Assembly (NCBI GenBank): GCA_963677435.1
Contig: OY781945.1
Location: 2,816,001 to 2,880,000, forward strand
DNA: 64,000 nt
Source: an uncultured Aliarcobacter sp.
Lineage (GTDB): Bacteria; Campylobacterota; Campylobacteria; Campylobacterales; Arcobacteraceae
Direction of reading: 5' to 3'
Shown here: positions 32,221 through 41,342 of the stretch, one piece after another
How positions within the stretch are numbered: position 1 is the first letter of the stretch
How the letters are laid out: each line of letters opens with the position of its first letter
Notes under the pieces: model-generated
What the model saw: only the letters and a program-made list of their open reading frames with translations
What the model was told of the DNA's origin: nothing
The model's database searches: none
Translations under genes and position numbers: made by a program

Positions 32221-32730
32221 TTATATTTGTCCTAAAATCTCTTTTACAATATCTTTTATATCTTTATTTTCAACATCAACTATAATTTTTGCAACTTTTT
32301 CATACTCTTTTGCTCTTACATTATAAAGTTTTGTTGCCTCTTCCATATTTTGTAAAAGTGGTCTTTTTTTCAATTTATTTGCAGCATTTGGGGCAGCATT
32401 AATTCGGTCAAGAATACCTTGAAATGATGATTTTAAATAAACAACTTTTCCTATTTTGTTTATGTTTTCTTGCTTATAAAATCCACCGCCTGTTGAAATA
32501 ATTGTGTTATTTACACTCTTTTCCAACCACAAAGCAGTCTTTTTTTCTAAGGCTCTAAAATATGGTTCACCTTCAACTTCAAAAATTTTTTTGATACTTC
32601 TGTTTTCCATACTTTCGATTAAATCATCAGTATCAATTGCAAACATATTTGATTTTTTAACCAATGCTCGTGCAACTGTACCCTTACCAACACCCATAAA
32701 ACCTATTAATATTATATTGTTCTTTTTCAT
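32221..32730 (-). CDS. aroK: Shikimate kinase
   Basis: LIGFMGVGKGT, GEPYFR, STGGG, RPLL. Confidence 0.95.
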   Translation of the reverse strand: MKKNNIILIGFMGVGKGTVARALVKKSNMFAIDTDDLIESMENRSIKKIFEVEGEPYFRALEKKTALWLEKSVNNTIISTGGGFYKQENINKIGKVVYLKSSFQGILDRINAAPNAANKLKKRPLLQNMEEATKLYNVRAKEYEKVAKIIVDVENKDIKDIVKEILGQI

Positions 32731-32849
32731 AGTTTGGGATTATATCTAAAGTTATGTAAATTTTGATATATAAACTTATTGTGTTAGCTTTAATTAGGCT
32801 CTTTTTAGATAAGATAAAGCCCAAATCTCTCTTGAAAAACAGGACAAAA

Positions 32850-35800
32850 ATGAGCTTAATTAAGTTAATTTCACAATTAGAAGATTCTATAAATTTTGAT
32901 GTAACACTACAAGAAGTTTTAGACTTAATGATTAAAAACAAAACAAAACATTTTATTTTATTAAAAGAAAAAAAAGCAATTGGAATTATCACAGAAAGAG
33001 ATATTCTATTTTTATATGCAAGACATATAGATTTAAATCAAAAAGCCTTTAATTTTGCTAATAAAAAATTAATTACATCTAAACAACATAGAGAAATAAA
33101 TTATGTTTTAGGATTAATGCTAAATCACAATATTAGAAGAGTTCTTATTTTAGACAAAGATGATAATTATTTAGGTTCTATCATTCAAGAAAAAATTATT
33201 TTTGAATTTGAACAAGATTTATTTAAAACAAATATAAAAGTTAAAGAGTTAATAAAAAACAATTCAAAAGCATTTTCTGTACAAAAAGAATCTGATATTC
33301 AAAATGTTATAAATTTAATGAATAGCAAAAATATAGGTTCTATTTTAGTATTTGACAAAACTGAACTTATTGGAATTTTAACAGAAAGTGATGTTATAAA
33401 TCTTGCACAAAAACATATAGACACAACTTTAAATATTCAACATTTTATGCATAAAAATATTATAAGTTTTGACAAGGAAGAGTTATTATTTGATATAGTA
33501 AATAAAATGAAAAAAGAAGATATCAGAAGAGCTGTTATTTTTGATAAAACAAATCATGAATATTTTATGATTACTTCAAAAGATATTTTAAATAACATAA
33601 AAGGAAATTACAATTTATTTTTAGAATCAAAACTCAAAGATGTAAAAAATACTTTTAATTCATTAAATGAAGCAGTAATTGAGCTTTTTGATAATGATGA
33701 AGAACAAATCATATATTGGTTTAATCAAAAAGCGGCAAAATTATTTGATATTAAAATTGATAGTGATATTACAACTATTATTCCTGCTTTAAAATGGGAA
33801 GCTATTTATGAAAAGATTAAATTAAATGATTTTAAAGAGAATGAAGTAATTGAAATTAATAATAATTTATTTCAATTAACAATTTTAAATACTGTTTTAT
33901 TGGACAATTCAATTATAAAACTTTTGTTTACAAATATCACTGAAATTTCAAATAAAAATAGACAAATTGAAAATAAATTCAAGTTTTTATATGAAGAAGC
34001 ACCTTATCCTTATCAATCGCTAAATGAAAAGGGGATTATTTGTAATGTAAATAGAAAATGGCTTGAAATTACAGGTTATGAAAAAGATGAAGTAATTGGT
34101 CAAAAATTCATATATTTTACTGATGAATCCCATGAATATTTAAAAGAAAAATTCAAAATAATTTTAAGTGGTGAACATATAGAACATGAACGCATTAAAA
34201 TGAAAAAAAAGAATAATGAGATATTCATTGCAAGTTTTACAGGAAATATTTCTAATATAAATGATGAAATAAGAACACATTGTATTTTCAAAGATATTAC
34301 GCAAGAAGAAAAAATAGAAAAAAAACTTAAACTATCTGATATTGTATTTGAAAATACTACAGAAGGAATTATAATAACAGATGAAAATAATGAAATTATT
34401 TCTGTAAATAGTGCTTTTACAAATATTACAGGTTATACTTTTGAAGAGATTAAAAATAGAAGCCCAAAAATATTAAAATCAGGAAGACATGATAGTGATT
34501 TTTATGCTAATTTATGGTCTGAATTAAAGAAAAATGGTTCATGGAAAGGTGAAATCTGGAATCGTAAGAAAAATGGAGAAATATATCCAGAATGGTTAAA
34601 TCTTAGTGTTGTAAAAGATTCTAATGGAAAAATACTAAATTATGTGGCTTTATTTTCTGATATTTCTAAAATCAAAAAATCAAATGAAAGAATAGAGTAT
34701 TTAGCTCATCATGATCCACTTACAAGTTTACCAAATAGATTATTATTAAAAGCTAGATTAGATAAATCTATTGACAAATGTATAGATTTAAACCAAAAAT
34801 TAGCTATTTTATTTATTGATATTGATAACTTTAAACTTATAAATGACTCCTATGGACACTCTATTGGAGATAAAATCATCAATTTAGTTGCTCAAAGATT
34901 ACAAAAAAATATAAGAAAAAATGACACTATTTCAAGAATTGGTGGAGATGAGTTTATCATTGTTATTGAAGATATAATTGAACAAAAAAATATTGAAAAA
35001 ATTGCTAAAAATATTTTAAATGATTTTATGCTTCCATTAAAATTAGAAGAGTATTTATTTGATACAACTATTAGTATAGGAATTTCACTATTTCCAAACA
35101 ATGGATTAAATGCAGAAGAGTTGATTAAACAAGCAGATACGGCAATGTATAGTGCAAAAAATGCTGGTAAAAACCAATTCCAATTTTATAAAAATGAGAT
35201 GACAAGCGAAATCTTTGAAAAAATTATTATGAAACAAGAGATAAGTGAAGCTTTAAAAAACGATGAATTTGAAGTTTATTACCAACCACAAATTGATATA
35301 AAAACAAATAAAGTTATTGGAGCAGAAGCACTTTTAAGATGGAATCATAAAAGTTTAGGAGTTATCTCTCCAACTGAATTTATTCCCCATGCAGAAGAGA
35401 CTAAGTTAATTATTCCTTTAGGAGATTTTGTTTTAAAAAAAGCTACAAGTTTTATGAAAGAACTGCAAGAACAAAAGCTCTTATTAAATGGAATAATTGC
35501 TGTAAATATTTCAGCCATTCAGTTAAAACATAGTGATATTTTTAAAACTGTACTTAATAATTTAGAGATTTCTCAACTTGATGCTAAGTTTTTAGAACTA
35601 GAATTAACAGAGAGTTTCATTATGGAAAATGTGGAAGAGTCTATAATAATTTTAAAAAAACTAAAAAAATTAGGTATTCAATTATCAATTGATGATTTTG
35701 GAACAGGTTATTCCTCTTTAAGTTATCTAAAACAGTTTCCTATTGATAAATTAAAAATTGATAAGTCATTTATAGATGAAATCCCAAATAGTCAAAAAGA

Positions 35801-35987
35801 TATAGCAATTGCAAGAACTATTATTACTTTAGCAAAACAATTAGGAATAAAAGTTATAGCTGAAGGTGTTGAAAAGATTCAGCAAAAAGATTTCCTAGAA
35901 GCAGAAAACTGTGATGAAATTCAAGGTTGGATTTATGCAAAAGCATTAAAAGAAAAAGACTTTATAAAATTTATAAAATCTTTTTAA
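32850..35987 (+). CDS. CBS-PAS-GGDEF-EAL c-di-GMP signalling protein
   Basis: Likely start MSLIK after AGGA; CBS pairs (GIITERD, GILTESD), PAS/PAC, RKND..SRIGGDEF, AEALLRW, DDFGTGYSSL. Confidence 0.93.
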   Translation: MSLIKLISQLEDSINFDVTLQEVLDLMIKNKTKHFILLKEKKAIGIITERDILFLYARHIDLNQKAFNFANKKLITSKQHREINYVLGLMLNHNIRRVLILDKDDNYLGSIIQEKIIFEFEQDLFKTNIKVKELIKNNSKAFSVQKESDIQNVINLMNSKNIGSILVFDKTELIGILTESDVINLAQKHIDTTLNIQHFMHKNIISFDKEELLFDIVNKMKKEDIRRAVIFDKTNHEYFMITSKDILNNIKGNYNLFLESKLKDVKNTFNSLNEAVIELFDNDEEQIIYWFNQKAAKLFDIKIDSDITTIIPALKWEAIYEKIKLNDFKENEVIEINNNLFQLTILNTVLLDNSIIKLLFTNITEISNKNRQIENKFKFLYEEAPYPYQSLNEKGIICNVNRKWLEITGYEKDEVIGQKFIYFTDESHEYLKEKFKIILSGEHIEHERIKMKKKNNEIFIASFTGNISNINDEIRTHCIFKDITQEEKIEKKLKLSDIVFENTTEGIIITDENNEIISVNSAFTNITGYTFEEIKNRSPKILKSGRHDSDFYANLWSELKKNGSWKGEIWNRKKNGEIYPEWLNLSVVKDSNGKILNYVALFSDISKIKKSNERIEYLAHHDPLTSLPNRLLLKARLDKSIDKCIDLNQKLAILFIDIDNFKLINDSYGHSIGDKIINLVAQRLQKNIRKNDTISRIGGDEFIIVIEDIIEQKNIEKIAKNILNDFMLPLKLEEYLFDTTISIGISLFPNNGLNAEELIKQADTAMYSAKNAGKNQFQFYKNEMTSEIFEKIIMKQEISEALKNDEFEVYYQPQIDIKTNKVIGAEALLRWNHKSLGVISPTEFIPHAEETKLIIPLGDFVLKKATSFMKELQEQKLLLNGIIAVNISAIQLKHSDIFKTVLNNLEISQLDAKFLELELTESFIMENVEESIIILKKLKKLGIQLSIDDFGTGYSSLSYLKQFPIDKLKIDKSFIDEIPNSQKDIAIARTIITLAKQLGIKVIAEGVEKIQQKDFLEAENCDEIQGWIYAKALKEKDFIKFIKSF

Positions 35988-37906
35988 TCATTTCTTATCT
36001 TCTGAAAAGTTATATAGAAAACCGCACCTATATAACTTTTTTCTTTATATGTATAAGTCTCATTTAAAACAGTTAAAGATCCTTGCATATGTTTTTCTAT
36101 AATTTCTTTTGACATATAAAGACCAATCCCCGTACCTTTTGATTTAATTTTTGTTGTGAAATATGGTTCAAATACTTTGTTTATAATTGTTTCATCTATT
36201 CCACCTGCGTTATCTTTTAAAATAACTATAATTTCATCATCAGTAATTTTGGTATCAATAAATACATATTTTTTATCAAACTCTTTTTTATCAAATTCAT
36301 CTTTTGAATTATTTAAAATATTTATTATTACTTGTAAAAATTCATTTTCTACTCCAAAGATATGAATATCATCAATGTCTTTTATTAATTGGATATTTTT
36401 TAAATTTAATTGAGGTTCAAGCAAATCAGAAACTTTTTCAAATATTGTTCTTAGATTAAAATAACTAGCCTCTTTTAACGGATTAAAATAATCTCTAAAA
36501 TCATCAATTGTTTGAGATAAATATTTTGTTGTTGTAGCTATTGTATTCATCGATTTAATAACATCTTCTTTATTAACTTCTGAATATTCATATTGAATTT
36601 TAATTCCAGTTGAAATAGTTGAAATTGCACTTAAAGGCTGTCTCCATTGATGAGCAATATTTTCAAGCATTTCACCCATTGCAGCCATTTTTGATTGTTG
36701 AGCTAATATAGATTGTCTATGTTTATCTTTTTTTATATGATTTAACACTTGCTGTTTATATTTGAAAAATCTTTTTTCTAATTTTTTTGAAATATAAAAT
36801 GATATAAATAAGAATATTCCAGTCAACATTAAACTTATTAAAAGTAAATTTATCAGATTCATTTTAAATTTATCTTTTATATTCTCTTGCTTTATGAAAA
36901 TCTGTTTTTCAAACTCATCTGTATAAAATCCAGTTGCAATTGCCCAATTCCAATCTTTGAAACCTTTTACATAAGTTATCTTTTCAGCAGGAAGTCTTGT
37001 TTGTGGTTTAATTGTTCCAATATATTTTAGATATCCTTCTCTTCCATCTTTAGCAAGATTTATAATCTCTTTTGTAATCATAAATCCATTTTTATCTTTT
37101 AAATCTATTCTATTTTGACCTACATAAGATTTTTCAATATGGCTTAAATAAACACCCTCGTTATCAATAACAAATATATAACCATTTTTGCCATATTTTA
37201 TACTTGAAATATATGATAATATTTTTTGTTTTATGATATTTTCAAAATCATCTACATATTCACCACTTCCGATAATAAAATTGTATGGTTTAAAAACTTT
37301 ATTAAATGTAATTTTTTTATATTTAGTATTTAAATCATCTGGTTTATTCCAATAAAGTGTAGTAAAATATTCATCTGATTTTTTTGCATTTTCTATAGTA
37401 TCTTTTAAAATAAAATTGCCCAAACTATCTGTAACTTCTAATAGTGATTTATTTTCAATTTCTGGATTAATAGGATGCATAATACTAATACCAGATGTAT
37501 TACTAATATAAAAATATCCTCTATTATTATTAAATCTAATTGCCCTTAAAGAATCTTTGATTCTATTAATAATTTGTTCTTTACTCTCTTTATTTTTATA
37601 CTTTTCATAAATATAACTAGTTAAATTATAAGCTTCTTCTACTCTTTGTTTTAGATTGTTTTTTAATTCTTTTTCACTATTTAATTTTTCATGGGAAGCA
37701 TAGTCATAAATTTTTTCAACTTCATTTTTTATTATTTCTTTGTTTTTTTCTAAATAGTCGTATTTTAAAGTTTCTAAATCTTGTTTTAAAGTAATATTTT
37801 TGTCAACAGTAATAAGTATCGTGATAATTAAACATACCAATCCAACTATAAAAGCAGGAGTATATTTAATGAATTTTATAAGTTTTATTTCTTTTTTTGA
37901 TAACAT
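35984..37906 (-). CDS. Cache-domain sensor histidine kinase
   Basis: Two TMs flanking tandem Cache domains (GYFYI, GYIFV); ENIAHQWRQPL, DNAGG, FEPYFTTK, GTGIGL. Confidence 0.93.
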   Translation of the reverse strand: MLSKKEIKLIKFIKYTPAFIVGLVCLIITILITVDKNITLKQDLETLKYDYLEKNKEIIKNEVEKIYDYASHEKLNSEKELKNNLKQRVEEAYNLTSYIYEKYKNKESKEQIINRIKDSLRAIRFNNNRGYFYISNTSGISIMHPINPEIENKSLLEVTDSLGNFILKDTIENAKKSDEYFTTLYWNKPDDLNTKYKKITFNKVFKPYNFIIGSGEYVDDFENIIKQKILSYISSIKYGKNGYIFVIDNEGVYLSHIEKSYVGQNRIDLKDKNGFMITKEIINLAKDGREGYLKYIGTIKPQTRLPAEKITYVKGFKDWNWAIATGFYTDEFEKQIFIKQENIKDKFKMNLINLLLISLMLTGIFLFISFYISKKLEKRFFKYKQQVLNHIKKDKHRQSILAQQSKMAAMGEMLENIAHQWRQPLSAISTISTGIKIQYEYSEVNKEDVIKSMNTIATTTKYLSQTIDDFRDYFNPLKEASYFNLRTIFEKVSDLLEPQLNLKNIQLIKDIDDIHIFGVENEFLQVIINILNNSKDEFDKKEFDKKYVFIDTKITDDEIIVILKDNAGGIDETIINKVFEPYFTTKIKSKGTGIGLYMSKEIIEKHMQGSLTVLNETYTYKEKSYIGAVFYITFQKIRND

Positions 37907-37949
37907 GGGCGGATATTATCTTCTTTTCATTAAAAATAAAATAAATATT

Positions 37950-38807
37950 TTATTTATCATATTTATTTTTATATCTATTTAACATTGAAATATTTCCAAT
38001 TATTCCTCCTTGATGAATATATAAAAAAGTGTAATCCTTAGATTTTAAAGTATTTATATATTTTTCAAAGTAGATCCAACCTAAACTATCATAAAGCAAA
38101 TCAAATTCGATATTAGTTTGATTTAATAACTGTTTATGAATCTCATAGAACTCTTTGTAAAGTTTTCCAAAATGATATTTTTTTTCCCTTTGTATAATTG
38201 ATGGATGATTATCTTTTTCAAGTTGTAAAAATTGCTCTTTTAAATAATCTTCATCTCCAACACAAGCACAAGTTAATACCTCATAAGGAAGATATTTTTG
38301 TAAATAAAGAGCAGTTGTTCCTGTGCCACTTGGTAAAAATATTTTTAGGTTTTCTATTTTATTTTCATCTGCCCAAGTTTTTATCTCATTTGCTAAAACT
38401 TCAATTCCAACAGAAGCTTGTTTAACAGCTCCACCTTCACTTATAAACAAAGTTTTTTCATCAAAAGAATCTGGTAACTCTTTCTCTATTATGTTCATTC
38501 CATTTTCAAGGGCAAATTTATAATTTCCAATAGGATTCTCTTTTAAATATGAAGCAATATGATCAACATAATAATCAAACGCTAAACCTTTTAACTTGCA
38601 TAATACTGATAAAGAATACATAGCGTTTGATTGAGCTGAGCCAGAAGATACTATTTTTTTTATATTTGGAAAATGCTTAATTAAATAGTAATAAAACTTT
38701 CTGGCTTTATTTCCTGAGAAATCTGGATTTAATAAATCATCTCTTTTTACAAAATATTCTTGATTGTTAAAAGTGATTTTTTCAATTGGGGAATTTGTAT
38801 AGTTCAT
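37950..38807 (-). CDS. ACC deaminase/D-cysteine desulfhydrase family PLP enzyme
   Basis: VKRDDL..SGNKARK, AQSN, PSGTGTT, FDLLYD, HQGG; likely start MNYTNS at 38807, just below a TGGTACAAT extended -10. Confidence 0.88.
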   Translation of the reverse strand: MNYTNSPIEKITFNNQEYFVKRDDLLNPDFSGNKARKFYYYLIKHFPNIKKIVSSGSAQSNAMYSLSVLCKLKGLAFDYYVDHIASYLKENPIGNYKFALENGMNIIEKELPDSFDEKTLFISEGGAVKQASVGIEVLANEIKTWADENKIENLKIFLPSGTGTTALYLQKYLPYEVLTCACVGDEDYLKEQFLQLEKDNHPSIIQREKKYHFGKLYKEFYEIHKQLLNQTNIEFDLLYDSLGWIYFEKYINTLKSKDYTFLYIHQGGIIGNISMLNRYKNKYDK

Positions 38808-38823
38808 AAAAAATTGTACCATC

Positions 38824-38838
38824 TATTAACAAAAATTT
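38824..38838 (+). repeat. attL core
   Basis: TATTAACAAAAATTT, identical to 51498-51512; embedded in palindrome TACCATCTA-TTAA-CAAAAAT-TTAA-G-TAGATGGTA (38817-38850). Confidence 0.8.
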
Positions 38839-38957
38839 AAGTAGATGGTAAACAATTTATATGTATTTTATATATAAAAACCCTATAAAATCGCATTTTC
38901 TATAATCATAATATTTTTTTGTATCATAATTATATATAAAAATATTATAAAAAAATT

Positions 38958-38975
38958 GCACAAAAAACGCACAAA
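38958..38975 (+). promoter_or_regulatory. Putative integrase arm-type binding sites
   Basis: Tandem GCACAAA at 38958 and 38969; related GCACATA at 51459 near attR. Confidence 0.45.
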
Positions 38976-39209
38976 TTAATCTTTGTTTATTTTCTTTTCT
39001 AATTCTTCAAGCTTTTGAAAAATTATTTCTATAGTTTTTTCGTGTGAAGCTTCATTTGTTTTGTTATCACACTTAATTTTTTCATATTCTAAACCTAATT
39101 CAATTATTTTAATTAATTCAGGTTTTTCCTTTTCCCAGTTGTAATAAGTCGAAACAGATATATTAAATCTTTCTGCTCTTTCTTCTTTGTCTTTTCTTGT
39201 TAGTTTCAC
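38976..39209 (-). CDS. Phage HTH repressor (XRE/Cro-like)
   Basis: ERAERFNISVSTYYNWEK HTH; GTG start after AAAGGA; divergent from the main phage operon. Confidence 0.8.
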   Translation of the reverse strand: MKLTRKDKEERAERFNISVSTYYNWEKEKPELIKIIELGLEYEKIKCDNKTNEASHEKTIEIIFQKLEELEKKINKD

Positions 39210-39233
39210 ATTAAAATCCTTTATTCATATATT

Positions 39234-39335
39234 AATCTAATAATAAGATTAATAATCCAATATTTAATATTACTTTAAGTAATCTTATTATAAGATTATT
39301 AATCCAATAACTAGATTTAATCTAATATTGAGATT
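39234..39335. promoter_or_regulatory. Array of four 17-bp palindromic operators (AATC-N9-GATT)
   Basis: AATCTAATAATAAGATT 39234, AATCTTATTATAAGATT 39281, AATCCAATAACTAGATT 39301, AATCTAATATTGAGATT 39319; degenerate copy at 39254. Confidence 0.8.
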
Positions 39336-39356
39336 TTTATTTCTTAGGGGTAACAA

Positions 39357-39893
39357 ATGAAAACTACAATCGAATCTTATCAAAATCTAACAGATATTCA
39401 AAACAATTCGGAATCTGTAACAAACACTAAAACTATATCTACCAAAGATTTAGTAAATAATTCTAAAGTTCTAAAAAGAAGTAGAAGATTAGAAATATTA
39501 AGAAGATATAACTTTCATCTTGTAAAAACAAATAAAATCTCTTTTAATCACTTTAAAAAAGGTGTTGATTCTTTAAAAAAATTAGTAGAAAATAATTGGG
39601 ATAAGTTTGTCGCAGTTACTCCAATAATTACAGAAAACACAAAAGTTACTCCTACTCCACAAATTGAAAATGAAATACAAACATTAGATAATCAAATTGA
39701 AGTTACTCAAACACAAATTAATAGATTAACAAAATTAAACTCTTTCGCAACACTTTTGCAAAAAAAATCAAATAAAAAATCTTTTTTTAAATATAGACAA
39801 ATATTACTTTCAATTAGAAATAAAACAGACTTAAAACAAAGAGTTTTAAATCTTCTAGTATGGGAAAAAGAAAGATTAATTAAAGTCGCCTAA
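39357..39893 (+). CDS. Phage hypothetical protein (first gene of rightward operon)
   Basis: 178-aa basic ORF with a predicted coiled coil; GGGGTAAC RBS. Confidence 0.7.
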   Translation: MKTTIESYQNLTDIQNNSESVTNTKTISTKDLVNNSKVLKRSRRLEILRRYNFHLVKTNKISFNHFKKGVDSLKKLVENNWDKFVAVTPIITENTKVTPTPQIENEIQTLDNQIEVTQTQINRLTKLNSFATLLQKKSNKKSFFKYRQILLSIRNKTDLKQRVLNLLVWEKERLIKVA

Positions 39894-39895
39894 AT

Positions 39896-40004
39896 AATAA
39901 CCCACTTAGAGCCTACAAACAACTTTCTAGGTTTTAGAGTGGATTTATTCACTACAGAGGTTAAGCAACTGTTACCCGCTTAATCTCTCGTTTAAGAGGT
40001 AACA
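39896..40004 (+). ncRNA. Structured leader: long hairpin plus predicted H-type pseudoknot
   Basis: Hairpin 39896-39949 with G-U pairs; stem AGAGGTTAAGC/GCTTAATCTCT (39956-39988) whose loop TGTTACC pairs with GGTAACA (39998-40004). Confidence 0.55.
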
Positions 40005-40029
40005 AAATAAAACAAAAAAAGGGTAAGAA

Positions 40030-40419
40030 ATGAAAAAAGATTTAGAAGTAATTAAAACACCACTATTAAGTGAACATGGCACATATATGTACGGGAAACT
40101 TGATGAATTAGATTTCACATTAGCTTGGACAACTGACCAAGGTCAAAAAATGCCTCCTATGTTAAAACTAAAATTTATCGTAACTAAAAAAGCTGTTAAA
40201 ACTTTAATGGGTGTAGATAGAGAATATGACAAAACTGTTTTTGAATATTTAAATATTCAATGTGAGAGTGAGGAAGAAATAGCAAATAAATTATCTATAT
40301 TTGAAAAATATGTAGGTAAAGAAATTTTAGTTCCAATCGAAAACACAAAAGAAAAAACAACTTACAAGATAAATGAAAACAATTTAAAAATTATAGATTT
40401 AAAAACAACAGTTAGTTAA
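40030..40419 (+). CDS. Putative single-stranded DNA-binding protein (pV-like)
   Basis: Soluble, beta-rich 129-aa protein in the usual inovirus position just upstream of the coat genes; function inferred from synteny only. Confidence 0.5.
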   Translation: MKKDLEVIKTPLLSEHGTYMYGKLDELDFTLAWTTDQGQKMPPMLKLKFIVTKKAVKTLMGVDREYDKTVFEYLNIQCESEEEIANKLSIFEKYVGKEILVPIENTKEKTTYKINENNLKIIDLKTTVS

Positions 40420-40504
40420 TAGGTTAATCCCTATTAGCTAATAAATTAGATTGATAGAGTGTATCTGCGTTTACATTCTACAAATTTAATACAAGGTCGC
40501 AAAA

Positions 40505-40786
40505 ATGTTTGTCAAATTGAAAAAAATTGTTAAGTCAGGTTTTGACTCAGTAAAAAAAGGTGCAAAAGAAGTTAAAGATAAAGCTTTAGCTCTATTCGTT
40601 GGTGTTGGTGCAACTATCGGTGCTACTGCGGGAAAAGCTGCCGTTGTTTATGATGATGCAACGAACAAATTAACTGGAGACATTGACATGGGTCCATTTT
40701 ATTCTGGTGTAGGAATTACTTTTGCTGTTATTGGTGCTGTTTTAGCTGTTAGTTTAGCAATTAGTATTGTTAAAAGAGGTAAATAG
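40505..40786 (+). CDS. Major coat protein precursor (pVIII-like)
   Basis: Long basic leader, signal ending near AGKA-A, then a ~48-aa mature part with acidic N-terminus, one TM helix and basic C-terminus (IVKRGK); followed by a terminator. Confidence 0.8.
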   Translation: MFVKLKKIVKSGFDSVKKGAKEVKDKALALFVGVGATIGATAGKAAVVYDDATNKLTGDIDMGPFYSGVGITFAVIGAVLAVSLAISIVKRGK

Positions 40787-40791
40787 TTATT

Positions 40792-40813
40792 AGGGGGTTT
40801 TATGCTCCCTTTT
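40792..40813 (+). terminator. Terminator after major coat gene
   Basis: AGGGGGT-TTTAT-GCTCCCT followed by TTTAGCTTTT. Confidence 0.6.
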
Positions 40814-40858
40814 AGCTTTTATAAAAAAATTAAAAAATTCTTTTATTAAGGTTAAAAT

Positions 40859-40978
40859 ATGTTTACTACTCAAACTGTTTTCATTATATCTTCTATCTTT
40901 TCAATTATAGTAATTTATAAAATTTCAAATATTAGTATCGAAAAAGCTATTGATATTATTAAAAAGTCTAAATCGTGA
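40859..40978 (+). CDS. 39-aa single-TM minor virion protein candidate (pVII/pIX-like; not in ORF track)
   Basis: AAGGTTAAAAT-ATG; MFTTQTVFIISSIFSIIVIYKISNISIEKAIDIIKKSKS*; TGA overlaps the next GTG (GTGA). Confidence 0.65.
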   Translation: MFTTQTVFIISSIFSIIVIYKISNISIEKAIDIIKKSKS

Positions 40979-41340
40979 AAACTATCTTATTAATTTTTAT
41001 TATCTCTTTATCTTTAAAAGCTGATTATCTTGTTTATTGGTATCAATCTATTAATAATGTAATTCAATTTAATTCATTGTGTGTTGAAAGTTATTCTTTA
41101 AGTGGCTCTTATTTTACGCGTACTTTGTCAAGTACAACATCAACTGCAACTGCTAACATGTCTAATGTTTCTAACTTTACTATTTTACCTGACTATGAAT
41201 ATAAGAATAATTCTTGTACACCTAAAACAGCTAATTACAATAATCTAGGCTTAACAGAAAATCAATTTAATTTTCTTTCTGCTTTAACTGGTCTTTTAAC
41301 TTCAATACTTTTAGTATTTGTAATATTTTTAAAGGTTTAA
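40975..41340 (+). CDS. Exported, C-terminally anchored minor virion protein candidate
   Basis: Signal peptide (SLKA), two Cys, C-terminal TM. Confidence 0.65.
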   Translation: MKTILLIFIISLSLKADYLVYWYQSINNVIQFNSLCVESYSLSGSYFTRTLSSTTSTATANMSNVSNFTILPDYEYKNNSCTPKTANYNNLGLTENQFNFLSALTGLLTSILLVFVIFLKV

Positions 41341-41342
41341 AA

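Noticed and set aside
32763..32849. N-terminal extension of the EAL protein and antisense ORF 32684-32992
   Set aside because: An AGGA RBS supports ATG 32850; the upstream region holds the divergent promoters.
38817..38850. dif site / Xer-mediated integration, or a tRNA att target
   Set aside because: No recognisable dif consensus or tRNA fold, and the element encodes its own integrase and excisionase.
39234..39335. Mini-CRISPR array
   Set aside because: Units are 17-bp palindromes with 1-30 bp gaps in a divergent promoter, with no spacer-length unique sequences and no cas genes; operators fit better.
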